Assembly: GCA_013239625.1 (NCBI GenBank)
Contig: MU054323.1
Location: 310,001-374,000 of the forward strand
Source: Lama guanicoe
Lineage: Eukaryota
DNA length: 64,000 nucleotides
Direction of reading: 5' to 3'
A program made the translations under genes and the position numbers. Of the stretch, positions 10,901-24,990 are shown one piece after another (position 1 is the first letter of the stretch; each line of letters starts with the position of its first letter). The notes beneath the pieces are model-generated. The model did not search any database, was not told the origin of the DNA, and was given only the letters and a program-made list of their open reading frames with translations.

Positions 10901-11354
10901 CTTGCTGCTCTGCCACAGGCCTAAGGAGGCTTGTACGCTTGTCTGAGGCCACAGATCATCTGCATTGTAGTGACAGCGCTTACAGCCCTCCCGCCTCTGT
11001 GTAGCACTGGAGAGGTGACCCAGGTTTTTACCTCGACTCTCAGAATCTTCCAGTGCTGGCCAGCCCGTCCTCTACCCATGTAGGGAGTTGGGTCTTCTGG
11101 GTTTGACTTTCGTTTGTCCTCATGACGGTGAGCTTCTGAAAATCCTGATTTGGGTTGTTCTTAGAGTCAGAGGTTATTATGTTTGGAAGAGGCTTAGAAG
11201 CTGTTGAGGTCAGGGGCCCATTTCAGAGGTGGAACCCCAGATCGGAAAGAAACGGCAGAGGGCCTGCTGACTTCCCTTTTTTCTTTCTTTCTTCCTTTCT
11301 TTCTCTCCCTCCCTCACTTCCTTACTCTTCCCTTCCTTCCTCTTCTCTCTCTTT

Positions 11355-11650
11355 CACCACAAACATTTACTTCACACCTATCTTGTGTCAAGCATGGTTC
11401 CCTGTGTTTGGGAGACATCAGGGAAGGAAAAAGACAAAACTTCCCCAAGCTGGTGCTTCAGGGAGTTTAGGAGAGAGTGACAATGAAAAGAAACAATAAA
11501 AAGAAAAATAAACAACTAAATTAAATAGCATCTCATAAAGCGGTGAATGCTATGAAAGATAAGTAGAACAGGATGGAGGAATGCAGGGATGCCACCGCTG
11601 GAGGGAGGCGGGTTGCAGTCTGGAGGAGGACGGTCCTTCCTGGAGCTGAG
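11355..11650 (-). mobile_element. L2 LINE 3' fragment
   Basis: caaacatttact...tgtgtcaagcatggttc...ggagacatcagggaa...aagacaaaa resembles the reverse of the L2 3' end; preceded by a pyrimidine low-complexity tract (11270-11355). Confidence 0.5.
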
Positions 11651-14600
11651 GGGTGGGACCAGTGGAGAGCACCCGCACCCCCTCCCTGGGCACTTCTGTG
11701 GCTTTTGGGAGACCAGGTCAGTCCTCAGGCTTCCCGGTTCAAGGCTCCTCCTCCAACTCCCTTGGGATGCTGGTAAATGTCCCCCACCAACTTCTTATTC
11801 ATTCTCTCTAAGGGAAGCAAGAGGATGTAGTAATTAGACCGCCTGGCTGGAATCTGACTCCCACGTTCACAAGCTCTGTTTTGTGCAGTTTCCCTGCCGG
11901 TACCGTGGGGCTGATCGCACCACCCACTTGCTCTGGGAGATTTCAGAAACTAACATACCGCACATGGAATGGCGCCTGGCACATGCCGGGTACGATTTAA
12001 GTCTGTTAAATCATCCGATTTCTTGTTGACAGAATCCTTCCTCTCTCTATTTCCCTGGTATGTTACTAGGGCAAAGAATCTTTAAAAAAAAACATTCACT
12101 GGTAGGACAAATTCACCAGCCTGCGCTTCACAAGAACTTTGCGGACTTTTGTTCCTCAAAAGAGGTCTTACAAAACCTGAAAACGGGTACCTTGGAAACA
12201 AATGAATGTGAGCTTTGAAGTCTATTTTAAGACGGAGCCTAGGAATTTGAGTGCTGCAGAACATCTACGCCTTCTACAATGGTTTATTAGTTTTCTTTAC
12301 TTGTAAAGGAAATCTCTTCATAGGCCACTGACCAGGGTTACCTGATCTCTTTTGATATTGGCGTATCATGCTACAAGACATTCATCCTGAAACCTTTGAC
12401 CAGGAGAAGTAACAGAGCCTTTTTATGGTCGGAGCAGACAGCCCTACTGGTTCAATGCACTTTGGGAGGACACACACAGCACGTACTCCTGTGATAAACA
12501 CAGACGAGTTGCTGTGAGATGTGGTCTGAGGAAGCAAGGCGAAATTGGCTTTCTTCTGCCTTCCAGCAGACCCAAGAATTTCAGCAGGCTTTTGGGGGAT
12601 GGTGTGCAGGCGACAAGTCTGTTCCGTCACACATCTGCAGCCTGCTGCAGGTTGAATTTTGTGTCTTAGGCTGCTGCCCACCATTTTCCTGAAGGACAGC
12701 ATAGAAGGAGTCCCTTCACGGTACGAAATGATGATCCCAGTTGGCTGGGAGGCAGCCCTGTGAAATAAAAATATTTGGTTTCGAGAAACCTTGGTCTTGG
12801 ATCTCTATTTGCAGCCTTGGTACAGGAGGGCAAGTGCCGGTTGCTCAGTCATCTCATCTGGAAGTGGAGTGGGTTGGCGTTGAGGCCCCCTCTCATTTCT
12901 AAGGCTCGAGAGTCATTAATCCTTAGGGATGGATGGAATCTTGAAAGGCTGCAAATGTCTGCTGTGCTTGGGAACGTTCTCCAGTCTCCAGGAAGCCCTG
13001 GGTGTCTGGCACATCTTGGCTCTGCCGTTCGCTTAACTCTGTGGCTGAAGACAAGTTGTCTCCCTCTGACTCACTTTCTTCAGCTCTCAAACAATGGTAA
13101 TCACCGCCCCACTGGGTCCTGATAGGCACCAAGTGCCCTAAAGGATACGAGGAATGTGATGAACACTTTGGAAGTTGGAAAGTCTTCTATAAGCTCTTAT
13201 GGCCACAGTCAGCTCTTGTCCAGAATGTCCCTCCCATTTGGCTGTTTGCTTTCTGGATTCATCTCAATGTGGTTTTTCCTTGAATGGGAAATGTCTTTAA
13301 AGACTGTAGGCACACCTCTGACTGCTCCACTGTACCTGGACCAGGTAGCAGCTCCATAATGTTTATTAAATAATCATTATCAATGAAAAGACTAATTGTT
13401 CAGAAACAGCTAGAGGGTAACAATGTATGTAACTGCATACACAGGCTTGTCTCATCTGTAACTACAGAAAACGATGGTTAATCTGAATTTTCATTGGCTT
13501 ACTCAAAACCACAGTATGGTAACAGAAAACCAACACCTTGAGTTTTCTCTTGAGTTGGTGTAGCCTCTTTTTTTCGGCATTGAGCTGGGAAGAACAGGGC
13601 ATTTATATTGAGACTAGAAATGTGAAGATGTTCAAGCTAGAGTTAGATGCTCATTTGCTGGTTCCGAGGTAGGACTGAGACCAGAGTTTACTGTTGTAAA
13701 TGGTCTGCTTGCATTTGGGCGTGACAGTAAATCTTTCCCATCCTTAGTTGGTCCTTCTTCTGAATTCCCTGAACTAAGATTTCATAGTCTGTCTTGAGGG
13801 AAAAGCATTTTTCTACCAGAAACCCCGAACAGCTCATTAAAATAATGAAGTTGAGGCTCTTCTTGGATGGTCTGTGAATGTAAACTTCCGGGATGGCTGC
13901 GAATGCGTTTCGTGGACACTCCTGGGAAGTTGTTTCTTCTGGAGAGTTCCCTCGCTTGGAAATTCCCCTGGGTAATATATGTGCGTGTGTCATTTTGTGA
14001 CTGCAGTTCGAGCCTCCGTTGTCTTTGGCTGACCGTGTGTGAAGAAAGCTGCAGTGTCACACGTGGCGGCGGTTTCCACTGGCTGGGCAACCCCGGGAGG
14101 ACATGTGTCTTGCTCACCTTGATGAACCACAGCATGAAAATGTTGGCGCAGAGGAACCGCATCTAGCTCAGGTGCAGATGAAGTGGCAGCTTCATTGGCT
14201 GCCGGGACGCTGAGGGCTGGGTCATTGGAGGAGAAACCGCCCTGAAATGCTTATTTGGATGTTCACTGCTGCTCAGGTGCTCTCTTCCCACTGTTTTTAT
14301 TTGAAGGGGAGAAGTCCTTTTGTAGGGATGTGGTTTCTTTCCCCCTCTTTACTAGGGTGACTGGCTTGTCCCAGTTGGCCTGTGACTGCCTCAGTTTTAA
14401 AACTGAAAGTCTGTGTCCCAGTAAATGCTCAGTCTCTGGACAAATCGGGGCCGAGGGTCCCCCTGTGCTCTCCTCCCTTCAGCACTTGCTTTTTCTCACC
14501 GCAGGGTGACCAGCTGCGCAAGGCTACCTGTGCAGGCCTGGCGGCCAAGGCTGGGACCCCCCACGGCACACATTTCCGAGTTCTCTCTCAGCAGCCCCAC

Positions 14601-17600
14601 AGAGTTAAAGGGCCTGGCAAGCAAGGAGGGGCTGGAAAGAACACTGTCCTGGTGTCGGAGCACATGGATTTGAGCTCTGGAAACTCTGCTAAGTGACCTG
14701 CAATGAGGCATCCTGAGGCTGAACTGTAAGACAGCATCTCTGTTTTCTTTTTGGGATGACGCTGACCATGAGTGTGAAGGTGGCGGGTACCACACGGATG
14801 CCAGGAATGAACATTCTGCTCGCTCGCCCACTCAATTTCTCTCAGGCTCTGGGGCTCCTTCTGGCTAACGATGATAACAATAATACGAATAGCAATAATA
14901 ATAATAACAGCGCTTTGGAGGCGTGACCGTGACGCTGGCTTCCGTCTTCCAGTCTGGACTTCTTGAGTCTCCTTCATGACTCAGGTCTTTGCAAGGAGCC
15001 CAAGGGAGCAATTTTCAAATTACCATACAATCCCAGGCTGTGGGGGAATGGCCTTCCTGAAGCTCTCTGGGGACAGGCTTGTCCCGGAGACAGCCAGGGG
15101 ACACCCGGCATAAAAATCTTCTTCGAGAGTCTGTGAGTAGCCAGACTCTGTTTCATCAGAGAAGATGCACATTCAGCACCTAGAACTGGACTTGGCCCTT
15201 CGTTCCCTGGGTCGAGGACCCTGTGATGATATTGCCATGAACACATTCCATGAGATTCACTGCTCCAGGTGGTGGAGCTTCCCTTTTATTGGCGGCTGTA
15301 AAACCATCCTGGCTAAGCCCGTAGGGGGTGGAGGGATGGCCTCCCTCCGGATTTGAAGGTGTGTTCTTCCACCAAAGGAACAGGAGAAAGCCAAGCAGAC
15401 CTTTTAGGGACCTTTAAAAGAGGTGTTTACATCTATTTAGCTTTAGGGAGTAACCGCCGATTAACTCCCAGGAGGTAACAGTTTCTATATCCTGAAAATC
15501 CTTATTTAAGAGATACTAGTGCCCGGCTGAAGACCCTTCCCTGTCCCAGGCCCCCTGAAGGAGAGAGGATCTGTCATGTTAATGACATGTGCATATCATT
15601 AAAAGAAGGGACAAAGGGCCTGGAGCTTGGGAATGAGGGCTGATCTGGAGACTCTTCAATATGCAGATGGTACCCTGATTATCAATCCCATGGGGGAGGG
15701 CCCTGGGAGAGTCAGCCCTTAAAGCTATCTTGAAGGAGAATGGCTGCCATTTGGGGGGTCCCCTCTCCCCCGATGCTGAACTCCGAGCACACTCTGCTTT
15801 CCTTCGTCTTCCTTATCTTGCCCCCCCACCCCCCGCCTCTGTAATATGATTCTGCGCCTCATGATTACAGAATGCATTCTGGAGTCGGAATGCAATTTTG
15901 TTTTGATTTCTTTGAATTATAGAATTATGGAATACCAGGCTCCCCAGTCTCCTGAGTCCTGTAACACTTGCCCTTCCTTGAGTAGGACTTAAAAGCAAAT
16001 GATAAAACTCAGGGCCATTCCATTCAATCCTTCCAGGGATGGGGAGTGTGTGCATGTGAATGAGGTGAAGGGAAGGTGGAGAGAAGGGTCGTGACTGCAG
16101 ATGACTATGACCATCACCTCGGAAAGGAGGTGAGATGTGAACGCAGGTAATTTTCAGAGAAGGGGTTGTGGGAAGTACAGGAGAGTCTTCCCACAAAGGA
16201 GATGCTATGCAAGGTGGCCTTCAGGGATGGATGATTGGCCTGGTGAGGAAAGACAGGAGGGGCGCTGTGGGTTGAGGGGGCAGCCTGAGTGGATGTGCAG
16301 GAGGGAGAGAGTGTGTTTAGGGCACCAGTGTATCCTGGAGCAGCAGGTGAGATGGTTGGGTTGGGCTTAAGGACCACCTCCAGGCAATGGGGAACTAGCC
16401 AAGGGGTCTAAGGAGGGGGACGTGATCAGGTCCCGTGTGACTTGGGAAGAGTTGGCTATTATATGAACATATATAACCCATACAAAGTTGTCCTGGATGG
16501 TGCGTGCCAGCCTCGGCAACTAGTAATCATCACACCCGCTTCCCCAGCTTCTTCAGCACCATTGAACGTGGTGGGGAGAGCCCTGACCTGGGCCTCTGAG
16601 AGCCTGGGTCTTGGCTTGACGTGGACAACACTTAAGAGTGTCTTCCACCTTGAGCCTTGCTGGTCTTGTGTTTTCTCTCTTCCCTGCGCTCATGTCCCCC
16701 GGCGCCAAAGCCCACAGATGTTCCAGGGACCAGCTCAAAGTTATCTCCTTCCCAAAAACCTTTACATGCTCCTCTGCAGGGACTTTGCCCTCCTGCCTCT
16801 GACCTCACCCAGTGCTTACCCCATATACTCTTTTGGGTTTGAGAAATGAAAACAACTCCTTCCCTCCCTACCATGGTCACTATGAAAACATTAGACAATG
16901 AAGTATAAAAAAGAAAGAAAAAAAAATCACTAGTAACCCACCCTTCAGAGAGAACTTCTGTTAAAATGCTTTCTATGATTTTTCCGTATGTACATAAATA
17001 CCTATGAACATGCCTGTTTGTTTTATATACTTGTTAGGTCATTAATTACTTTTTATTCTATGTTATAAGTAATTATATTTGGGCTTTACCTCTCTTACTG
17101 GGAGTATGTGGCTCTTTTGTCTTTGTGCATTCTGTATTTTCTAGAATGATGTCTGAATGATTGAATGGGTTTCTTGATACAGTATCTCTCTGGAAAATGA
17201 GAATTTTGCATTGTGTTATGTCTGAGTTCTCAGTTCCAATAATCTGTAGACTTCTGGTCATTACGTCTCTGATGTGGGTAGAAGAAAGATCTTCCTACAA
17301 ATCTGGGGACTGGGTGTGTCCTTTTCAGCACAAATATTGCTGTGTCCCCAAACTAAAAAGAGCTCAATGAGTGATTTCATGCACTCATGCTGTGTCCACA
17401 CAAAACCTAAGAACCCCTTGATTTAGGCTGAATGGTTATCTTTTCTTTTCTTTTTCTTTTTTTGTTTTCCCCAAGGCAGGCCAAACTTGGGATATCAATT
17501 GACACTAAGAATCTGAGAAAAATGAATTGTTTTAAATGCTGTGGAGTCCTCATTTCTTGTGACGTTCAACAGTACTGATAGCCTAGGCGGCACCTTTGCT

Positions 17601-19116
17601 TGAATTTGAGAAAATGTTCTCTCCTCTCCAGGCAGGTACAATCTACCAGGTGCGCATGCTTTGGTGAAGAACGGAATGTACCTAGATCTCAGCCCCCCTG
17701 GCCTCAGGAGGGCACCTCTTGGGCAGGGCACAACCTCAACCCTTGTACAGGCAGCCCTGGTGCAGAGCACCTAGGAGAACTAAAGATGCCTGTTAAATGT
17801 TGATCTTTATGTTCAAGATTCTTCTTTAAGCAAATAAGAATAGGCCATAAATATCAGAGAGCATAGCATTTGTGAGATCACGTAGCGATACAATTCTATA
17901 GCAGGATCCAGACTCCCAGCCTCTGTGCTTTGCCCCCTGCTGAGCCTTCTATCTGGAAGCCACTCGGTCCCCAACCATTCCTCTCTCAATAATACCTATG
18001 TTTCATGACTCAGATCATAGACTGTCTCTTCCACAAAGCCCTCCGCAACCCACCTTGTTGGAGTTCGTTGAAACCTCTGGTGCGCTCCCTTAGTACTCAC
18101 GCTACCCTCTTTTGCTGCACAGCTCATGTTTTACTTTGAGTGATTGGTGATTAGTTTACATACCAGCCATGCACCCTCCTGAGTCTCAAGCTCACCATCA
18201 TTAAATCAGAGATAAGAGAATAGATCTTCCAGGTTCCTCAGTGAGTACTATGATTATTACATTGATAATGTGTATCTTTTATTATCTGTGAAATTTCTAG
18301 AAAAGAGACACAGTCTTATTTGATCTCTGGATCCACTATATCCAGAAGATGCTGAAGATACAGTGCTTGGTGTTTACAGAATGTGTTTGAAACAATCTGA
18401 AAAACCTTAAAGGGTTGCCCCAGAGAGCTTCCTCTACGGACGTCCTCTTTACTGTCTCTAGATATCCACTGTGTCAGGTGTAATTTTATTCCTTACTCCC
18501 TCGACCTTTCTCATTTCTGTAGCTCTCTGCCTGGTTTCCAAAGCTTCACCATAAACCAGTGGAGAAGGTATTATTATCTCTGCATTATAAATAAAGAGAA
18601 ACTAAGACTTAAATTTATCCACCTAAAAAGAGGTGAAAGTAGGATTTGAACTTTGGACTTCTGTCTCACAGTTCGGTGTTTTGTACTCAGCTCTCTAATG
18701 GAAAATTACCTTAAGTCTGCAGGAAATAAAAACCTCCAAATTAGAATCATTTGTCTGTGTGGTCCTTGACCCAGAGTTTGATGTACTTTTGGATGAATGA
18801 GGAGCCACTCCTTTCCCCACCCCCGACACAGCCTCTTCGGGAAGGAGAGTGATTTGAAGGGCGATGCTGGGCTTTCTCAGAGCCCTGGTACTTGTGCAGA
18901 AGCTGTCTTTGCCAGAAACAACCTACAAGAAAAGTTCCATCACCTGCAGCCCAATTTTCTCCTTTAGAGGCAGGAAAATACTATTAAGGTCTTGTAAACG
19001 AATTAAATTAAGCCGCATTTCCTTCCCAACCCCGCAAGTCCATTTTATATTCATTCAAGGAAGAAGAAATATGCACAGAGAGGAATTGCTACCAGCTCCT
19101 GGTCTTAAAAACTTAA

Positions 19117-19146
19117 ATATATATATGTGTGTGTGTGTGTGTGTGT
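19117..19146. repeat. (TA)n(TG)n microsatellite
   Basis: atatatatatgtgtgtgt... Confidence 0.9.
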
Positions 19147-19564
19147 ACATATGATGCATAGCCACTACAAAGAAGTGGATTGCTGCTGATAGGATAGCTC
19201 TCCATTCATGTAGGGTTCCTCAAAAGTGGGAACAGGCAGTCCTATAGTTTCTAAATGTGCCTAGGCTGGAACTCATTGGATGGTGCCAAATGGGGTGGAA
19301 GACTGGAGCAAAGTAAGATTTTCAGATACAAATTAAGTTTTGGAGACAAGCATATAAATATTCAAGGAAGGAGGGGAAAGAGGGCTCTTATACAGCCTTC
19401 AGCAGCCCCCCAAACCAGGGTGAGCGCCTGTACATTCCCTGAGATTCTCTATCGGGTTCAGCCTTAAGGTTCTGGGCTGCTGTGCATGCGTCTCCCGATC
19501 TGTGCCCTCAGCTCTGCTCTAGTGAATGGGCTGGTGGTTCCTGCCCCTAAAGTCTGTTATCTTA

Positions 19565-19629
19565 CAGTGGTTCCCCTCCGTGGCTGGACATTAGAAACCT
19601 CTGGGAAGCCTTTAAAAATCTCAGTGCCC
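19565..19629 (+). mobile_element. MER5B-like hAT-Charlie transposon, 5' part
   Basis: cagtggttc...tggctggacattagaaacctctgggaagcctttaaaaatctcagtgccc matches the start of MER5-type elements. Confidence 0.65.
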
Positions 19630-20487
19630 CCTCAAAACCGAACAATCCAATTAAAAAATGGGCAAAGCTCTTAAAGAAACATTTCCCCTAAGAAGGTATA
19701 CAAATGGCCAATAAGCGCATGAAAAGATGCTCAACGCTAGGGACATGCATATCAAAACCACAATGAGATACCTCTTCACACTCAATAGGATGGATCTTCC
19801 AAAAGACAAAGCAAAACAAACAAAAGTAACAAGTGTTGGTGAGGATGTGGAGAAATCGGAATCCTCATGCATGGCAGCTGGGAATGCAAAATGGTACAAT
19901 TGTGGAAAACAGTACGACTGACTGATCCTCAAAAAGTTGAAATATGGAATCACTTTATGGCCCAGAGATTCCATTTATAGGTAGACACCCAAAAGAATTG
20001 AAAGCAGGATCTCAAAAAGATATTTGTATACTGATGTTTATAACAGCGTTATTATTCATAACAGCCAAAAGTTGGAAACAACCATCAACAGATGAGTGGA
20101 TAACCAAAACACGATATATACATACAATGGAATATTATTCAGCCTTTAAAAGGAAAGAAGTTCTGACACATGCTCCAATATGGATGAAAACATTTGAAAA
20201 CATACTAAGTGAAATAAGTTAGACACCAAAGGATAAGTAGTGTATGGTTCCATTTATATGAGATGGATGGAGGCCCCCGGAACAGGTAAATTCACACAGA
20301 GTGTAATAGAGGAACCAGGGGCTGGGGGAAAGAGGCTATTAGGGACTTATCATTGAACGAGTGCAGAGTCTCAGTTGGAGATGATAAAATTCTGGAAATG
20401 AGTACTGGTGATGGTAGCTCAACAGCATGAATGTACTTAATGCCATTAGATTGTACAAGTCGATATGATTAACATGATCAGGGGGAA
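19630..20487 (+). mobile_element. Old L1 (L1M-type), ORF2 3' end and 3' UTR, 5'-truncated
   Basis: Degenerate ORF2 C-terminal peptides IKTTMRYLFT, VGEDVEK, MFITALLFITAKSWKQP, DEWI..YIHTMEYYSA across several frames, then L1M-type 3' UTR. Confidence 0.92.
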
Positions 20488-20614
20488 AAAAATCCCAATG
20501 CTCAAGTCACAACACAGGCCAGTCGAATCAGATTTTCTGTGAATGGGATTGAGGCATAAAACTTTTCTCAATTCCCTGGGTGATTCCTACGTGTAACTGA
20601 GGCTGGGAACGATG
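20488..20614 (+). mobile_element. MER5B-like transposon, 3' part
   Basis: ...gaatcagattttctg...ccctgggtgattcctacgtgtaactgaggctgggaacgatg continues the element interrupted by the L1. Confidence 0.65.
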
Positions 20615-23104
20615 ACTTTGCTCGTTCTTGATCTTTAAGAAACAGGTTCACATTTTCAGCTATTATTCATTTCCTAGATGTCCCAAAGGCTCTTACACAA
20701 ACTAGTCCAAACAGACCTCATCATTTTCCTCTCCAGGCCAGTTCCTCCCGGGTTATTCACCTATTTGGTCTCTAGCCCCACCCTTTATCTATGGTCACTC
20801 ACTTTAGAGGCCTGGGCCACGCCCTCCAGAAAAGGAACCACGTCTTCCTGTCTGTGTGAATGTGCTGCAGAGCTGTCAGGGGAAGGGGGGCTGCCCAAGG
20901 AGCTGGCGGGGGGCCACCTCGGATTGCCCTTTCTTCCCTCCCATCACCAGCTTCTTCCTGCATTTAGTGGGCATGTTCCCTTGGCCCCTGGGAGAAGGGC
21001 ATGACTGGAGAACGGCTAAGTGCATGGATCTAAAGATGGTACCAGGTGGAGGTGGTTCTGGCCAAGTTCACAGGAAGCTTTAATCTGCTCTCTGGTCTCT
21101 TACACGGAGCCCTCAGACCAGTAGTGCCTCCTTGGCATGGCTGGCCACCCCTGCCATGGCCAAGGGCTCCAGGGAGGTGCCGTCACCTTTCTGTGGAGCC
21201 CCTCCTTCAACTCCAACCATCCCCTGTGTGGGCGCCAGCCCACCTCAACGCTTGGCTCACAAAGCCCCTTGCTGTTCTGCCCTCTGCGGCTCCTCCGGGC
21301 AGCATCCCCATCTCCTGGCGCAGCGCTCACCCAGTGTCTCCATCAGAGACTCTCTGTTATCACACAGCCTCGTCATTCTGCTCACACAGTCTTTTCCCCA
21401 GTGGACTGTGAGCGTCTTGAGCTCACAGGGAAACACGTCGTCCTGTCAGTGACCGGACTGAAATGAAATCTTGTTCCTGTCAAGTTCTACCCTCCGCCAC
21501 GTGGCTCTGTGACACCTTTCTGAGTGCAGCAGCCTTTACAGCTACAATCAGAGGATGTGATGGGACCCCCTCCCCTTCCCAAGTGCGCCGTTTTCGTGTC
21601 GTGGGTTGAGACCGCAGGCCCTCGACGGGAAAGCCTGGGAGCGTATCCGGATTCCCCCTCGGCCCTGTGCCGCTTACTGCCCTCGGCAGGCCTCAGTTTC
21701 CACACTGGGAAGTAGGGACGAAGCAGCCAGCGCTTTGGTTTCTTGTGAGGAATAAATGAGGCCATACAGTGACAAGGCTTATGACAAATATTTAATGAAA
21801 GTAAGGGATGATTTTTATAATTAAAAAAAAATCTAGTGGGTTGGGGTAAGAAATCCCAGGATAAACCTGAGCAGACATGGCCAGAGCTTCGGGACCCAGC
21901 TCCCGCCCCCGCTTCCCCTGCCCTCCGCGCATCCAGGTCTGCCCTCCGTCTTGGCAGAGGGCGTGATGAGTGGGCCCAGGGAGCTTGGGGTCTTTGGGGC
22001 GGATGTGGGAAGGGGGTGACGCAAGTAGCTCGCTCTTCCTCTCCTCTGGACTGGGGACACTTGAGCTCTCTGGAGCCATGGTGTCATCTGTAACAGGCTG
22101 TGGTCATTCTAACCTCACTGGTTGCAAAGAGGATGAAATGAAATGAGGGATCTCAGGGTTCTGTAAACGTAAAACACCCCACAAGTTAAAGGGGTTCTTG
22201 TTACCGGAGAGCTCACTCGATTTGCCTAATCTCTCCTGAGGGGGGGGGTGTTTATTCCCATTTTACATATGGAGAAACTGAGGTCCAGCTGGCAGAGCCA
22301 GGGAGAGGATGAAGTTCTCTGCTCCGTCTGGCTCTCACCCAGCCCTGCTCTTCTGGGGTCTCGGGGGAAGCCTGTCCTTTGAGCCCCAGGAGCTTGGTTT
22401 GTCAGGAGCCTTGGGTGCGCCCCTTCCTGGGGACTCGGGGGCGGCCGGCAGGTCCATGTGGCCCGTGATGCTGGGGCCGTGGGGTTGGGCTGGTGGCCCT
22501 TTGCCTCGCCACGGGGCCAGGCCCTAATCACTTTCTTTAGAGGCCTTTGTGCCGCCCGAGCTTTCATGCCGGGCCCGACACAATGCGGGGGTGAGCTGAG
22601 GTCAGAGCTGCAACCTTCAGCTCTGGATTTCCTGTCTTTTGTGGGGTGGAGGACAGATCCCGCCACCCGGCTTCCTGTCATCTCAGCACAGGGGGCTCTG
22701 GCTCCCTGGCGCCGACGTGCCCTGGGAGACTGGGAAATCCTCCTGGGAGGTGAAGAGGAAGGATCTGGTTCCCAGTCGCTCAGACACAGGCACTGGCCGC
22801 TGCTGGACACTGAATGTTTCTCTAGGACATATTCATTTTGGAAATGGCTTCTTGGGAACTCAAATTCTGCTCGCATCCTCAAAGCCACCTGAAATACTTG
22901 GAGGCTACAAAAAAATCATTCCCATTAACCAACACTCAATGGAAGCCAATCCCTGTACCTTTTTCTCAGGCCAGACTGTGCAATAAGAAAGAATGAGGAA
23001 TAGGCCCCAAGGATCAGGAAAGAGTTAAGAACTGAAGTCTCTCCGAGCCAACGCTGTGTTTCAGGGGAAGAACTGGGGTTCGGAGGGGAGGTGGGTGGGG
23101 GGGC

Positions 23105-23415
23105 GTGTCAGTTTCTCGGGACTGTCACAACAAAGTACCACAGTTGGTGTGGCTGAAAGCAGCAGAAACTTATTTCTCACGCTTCTGGAGACTAGGGGTT
23201 GAGATCAAGGTGTCGGCACAGCCATGCTCTCTCAAAGGCTGTCTAGGATGACTGTCCCCGGCCTCGCTCCCAGCTTCTGTGGACGCTGGCAAGCCTTAGC
23301 ATCCCTTGGCTTGTAGACGTGTCCCCGCCCTCATCTTTGCTTGGTGCTCTCTCTGGATCTCTGTGTCAACATGAGTTCAACATGCCTTTTTGTGGGGGGG
23401 GCGGCACACATCAAC
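23105..23415 (-). mobile_element. MLT1-type ERVL-MaLR solo LTR fragment
   Basis: tgtcagtttctcgggactgtcacaacaaagtaccaca...agcagaaacttatttctcacgcttctggagactag...gatcaaggtgtcggca is the typical reverse MLT1 end. Confidence 0.8.
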
Positions 23416-24794
23416 GCCTTAACAGGGTGGGGCTCAGGTCAGTCAACTTTTATTTGCCATCTGCTTTGTGCTTGCTCCTACAGAGATGCCTACGCCAGTC
23501 TTTGCCCTCAGGTCAGTTACAGCCTAGTCAGGAGAGACAAGCGAGGAATAGCTGTTATGATTCAGTGTGCACATTCTGAGGATGCATTAAACACAGGGTG
23601 CTGAGGGTCCGCTATCCCGTCTGGCGATGAGGGACGGGAGCCTTCCTGGAGGGAGGGACATCCTACAGGGGATGGCTGGTGACTCAAAAGGGACAAGAAT
23701 GGGAAAGATAAACTTCACAGATTCCAAGAATACTGTGTGAGATCAAATCTGCCAACAGACTCAAGAAAACCTCCGAACTCCTGGGGGCGAGGGAGGTTTC
23801 GAACAGCTGATGTGGGTCAGGGAGTGTCACCCTTCTAACATTTCTTCTCTTTTTTGAACTGCCCCCAGCTGCCTGCCCTCCCGCGCAACCGTTCCCAATC
23901 CCAGGGCCCAGGAAGAACAGCTCGTGGGCATCTGTGTGCCTTTCTCACCCCTCAGTACCTGGATCCCCAGGTGAGAGAGGAAAACCAGCACTCCAGCAGC
24001 TGGATGTGGTGTTTTTAACTGTTGTAATGAATTCTTTGGATTCTTTTTTGGAGTTGTGGATCATGACTCATATGGTGTGAAATTAAGTGGTAGGTATACC
24101 TTGAAATAGAGCGTGAACTTGGAGGGTGATGGGAGCGGGGTGCCTGGGGAGTGGGGTGAAACACAAGGGCAGCTCAGGTCTGAGACTAGAATAATCCATG
24201 GCTGGTGCTCCTGATCGGTTTGTCTTTGGCATCTTCCCGTAAAGGAACTGGGTGAGTGTGGGCTTGGCCTTTTCTAGGAGTGGTTCAGTGAAGCTGCAAA
24301 CCCGTCAGTGCAGAATCGGAAACACAAACCATTTTACCCAGAGATGTATTTAGTTGAGGCAGTCATCAAATTTCCCAGGGAGTGTCTCTTGGCTAAAATT
24401 CTTTTTCGTTGTTTCTCCCTATTTGAATACTCCCCTGCTTTCCCCAGAAATTTCAAACATGGAGCAGCATGGATCCCCACCTGGGTACTTTGTGGCTGGC
24501 TGGATAAAACTTTGTCCCCATTTTCCAGGGCACTAAGCTGAGGTGCAGATAGATCATGTGACTTTCAAGCCCAGATCCCACCTCCATGCCAGGGATCTGT
24601 CTTCTGTGCTGCTCAAGTTTCCTCTAGGAATCAGCCCCCGCTTCCCACCTTCCCTTCACCTGATCTGGCTGCCCAGCTTCGATGGATCCTCATGAACTCT
24701 GGTCTGGGTGCAGACAGCATAGCAAGGCATCTCCAGATTAGAGTCAGCACACAGCCTCGGGAGCCAGGCGGCTAGGGTGGGGCCCCTGGGGCCC

Positions 24795-24990
24795 CACCCT
24801 GCCTCTCCTGGCTCTGTGATCACGGTCAAGTTCCTTAATCTCTCCATGCTTCTGTTTCTCCATCTATAAAGGGGACTAACACCACCTACCTCCGGTATCT
24901 CTATGAGGATTACACTGGTTAATCTACACAGACTTCCTAGGACAATTTCTGGCACACAGGAAGTCCCATATACTGTTTGTTACATTGTTT
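24795..24990 (+). mobile_element. MIR SINE
   Basis: gctctgtgatcacggtcaagttccttaatctctccatgcttctgtttctccatctataaagggg...cacctacctc...tatgaggatta. Confidence 0.75.

Noticed and set aside
14060..14065. Canonical MYC E-box CACGTG as a possible autoregulatory site
   Set aside because: A 6-mer that occurs several times in the window; no supporting context.
19651..20222. ORFs resembling reverse-transcriptase-associated protein
   Set aside because: Frameshifted remnants of the L1 ORF2 C-terminus, not a host gene.
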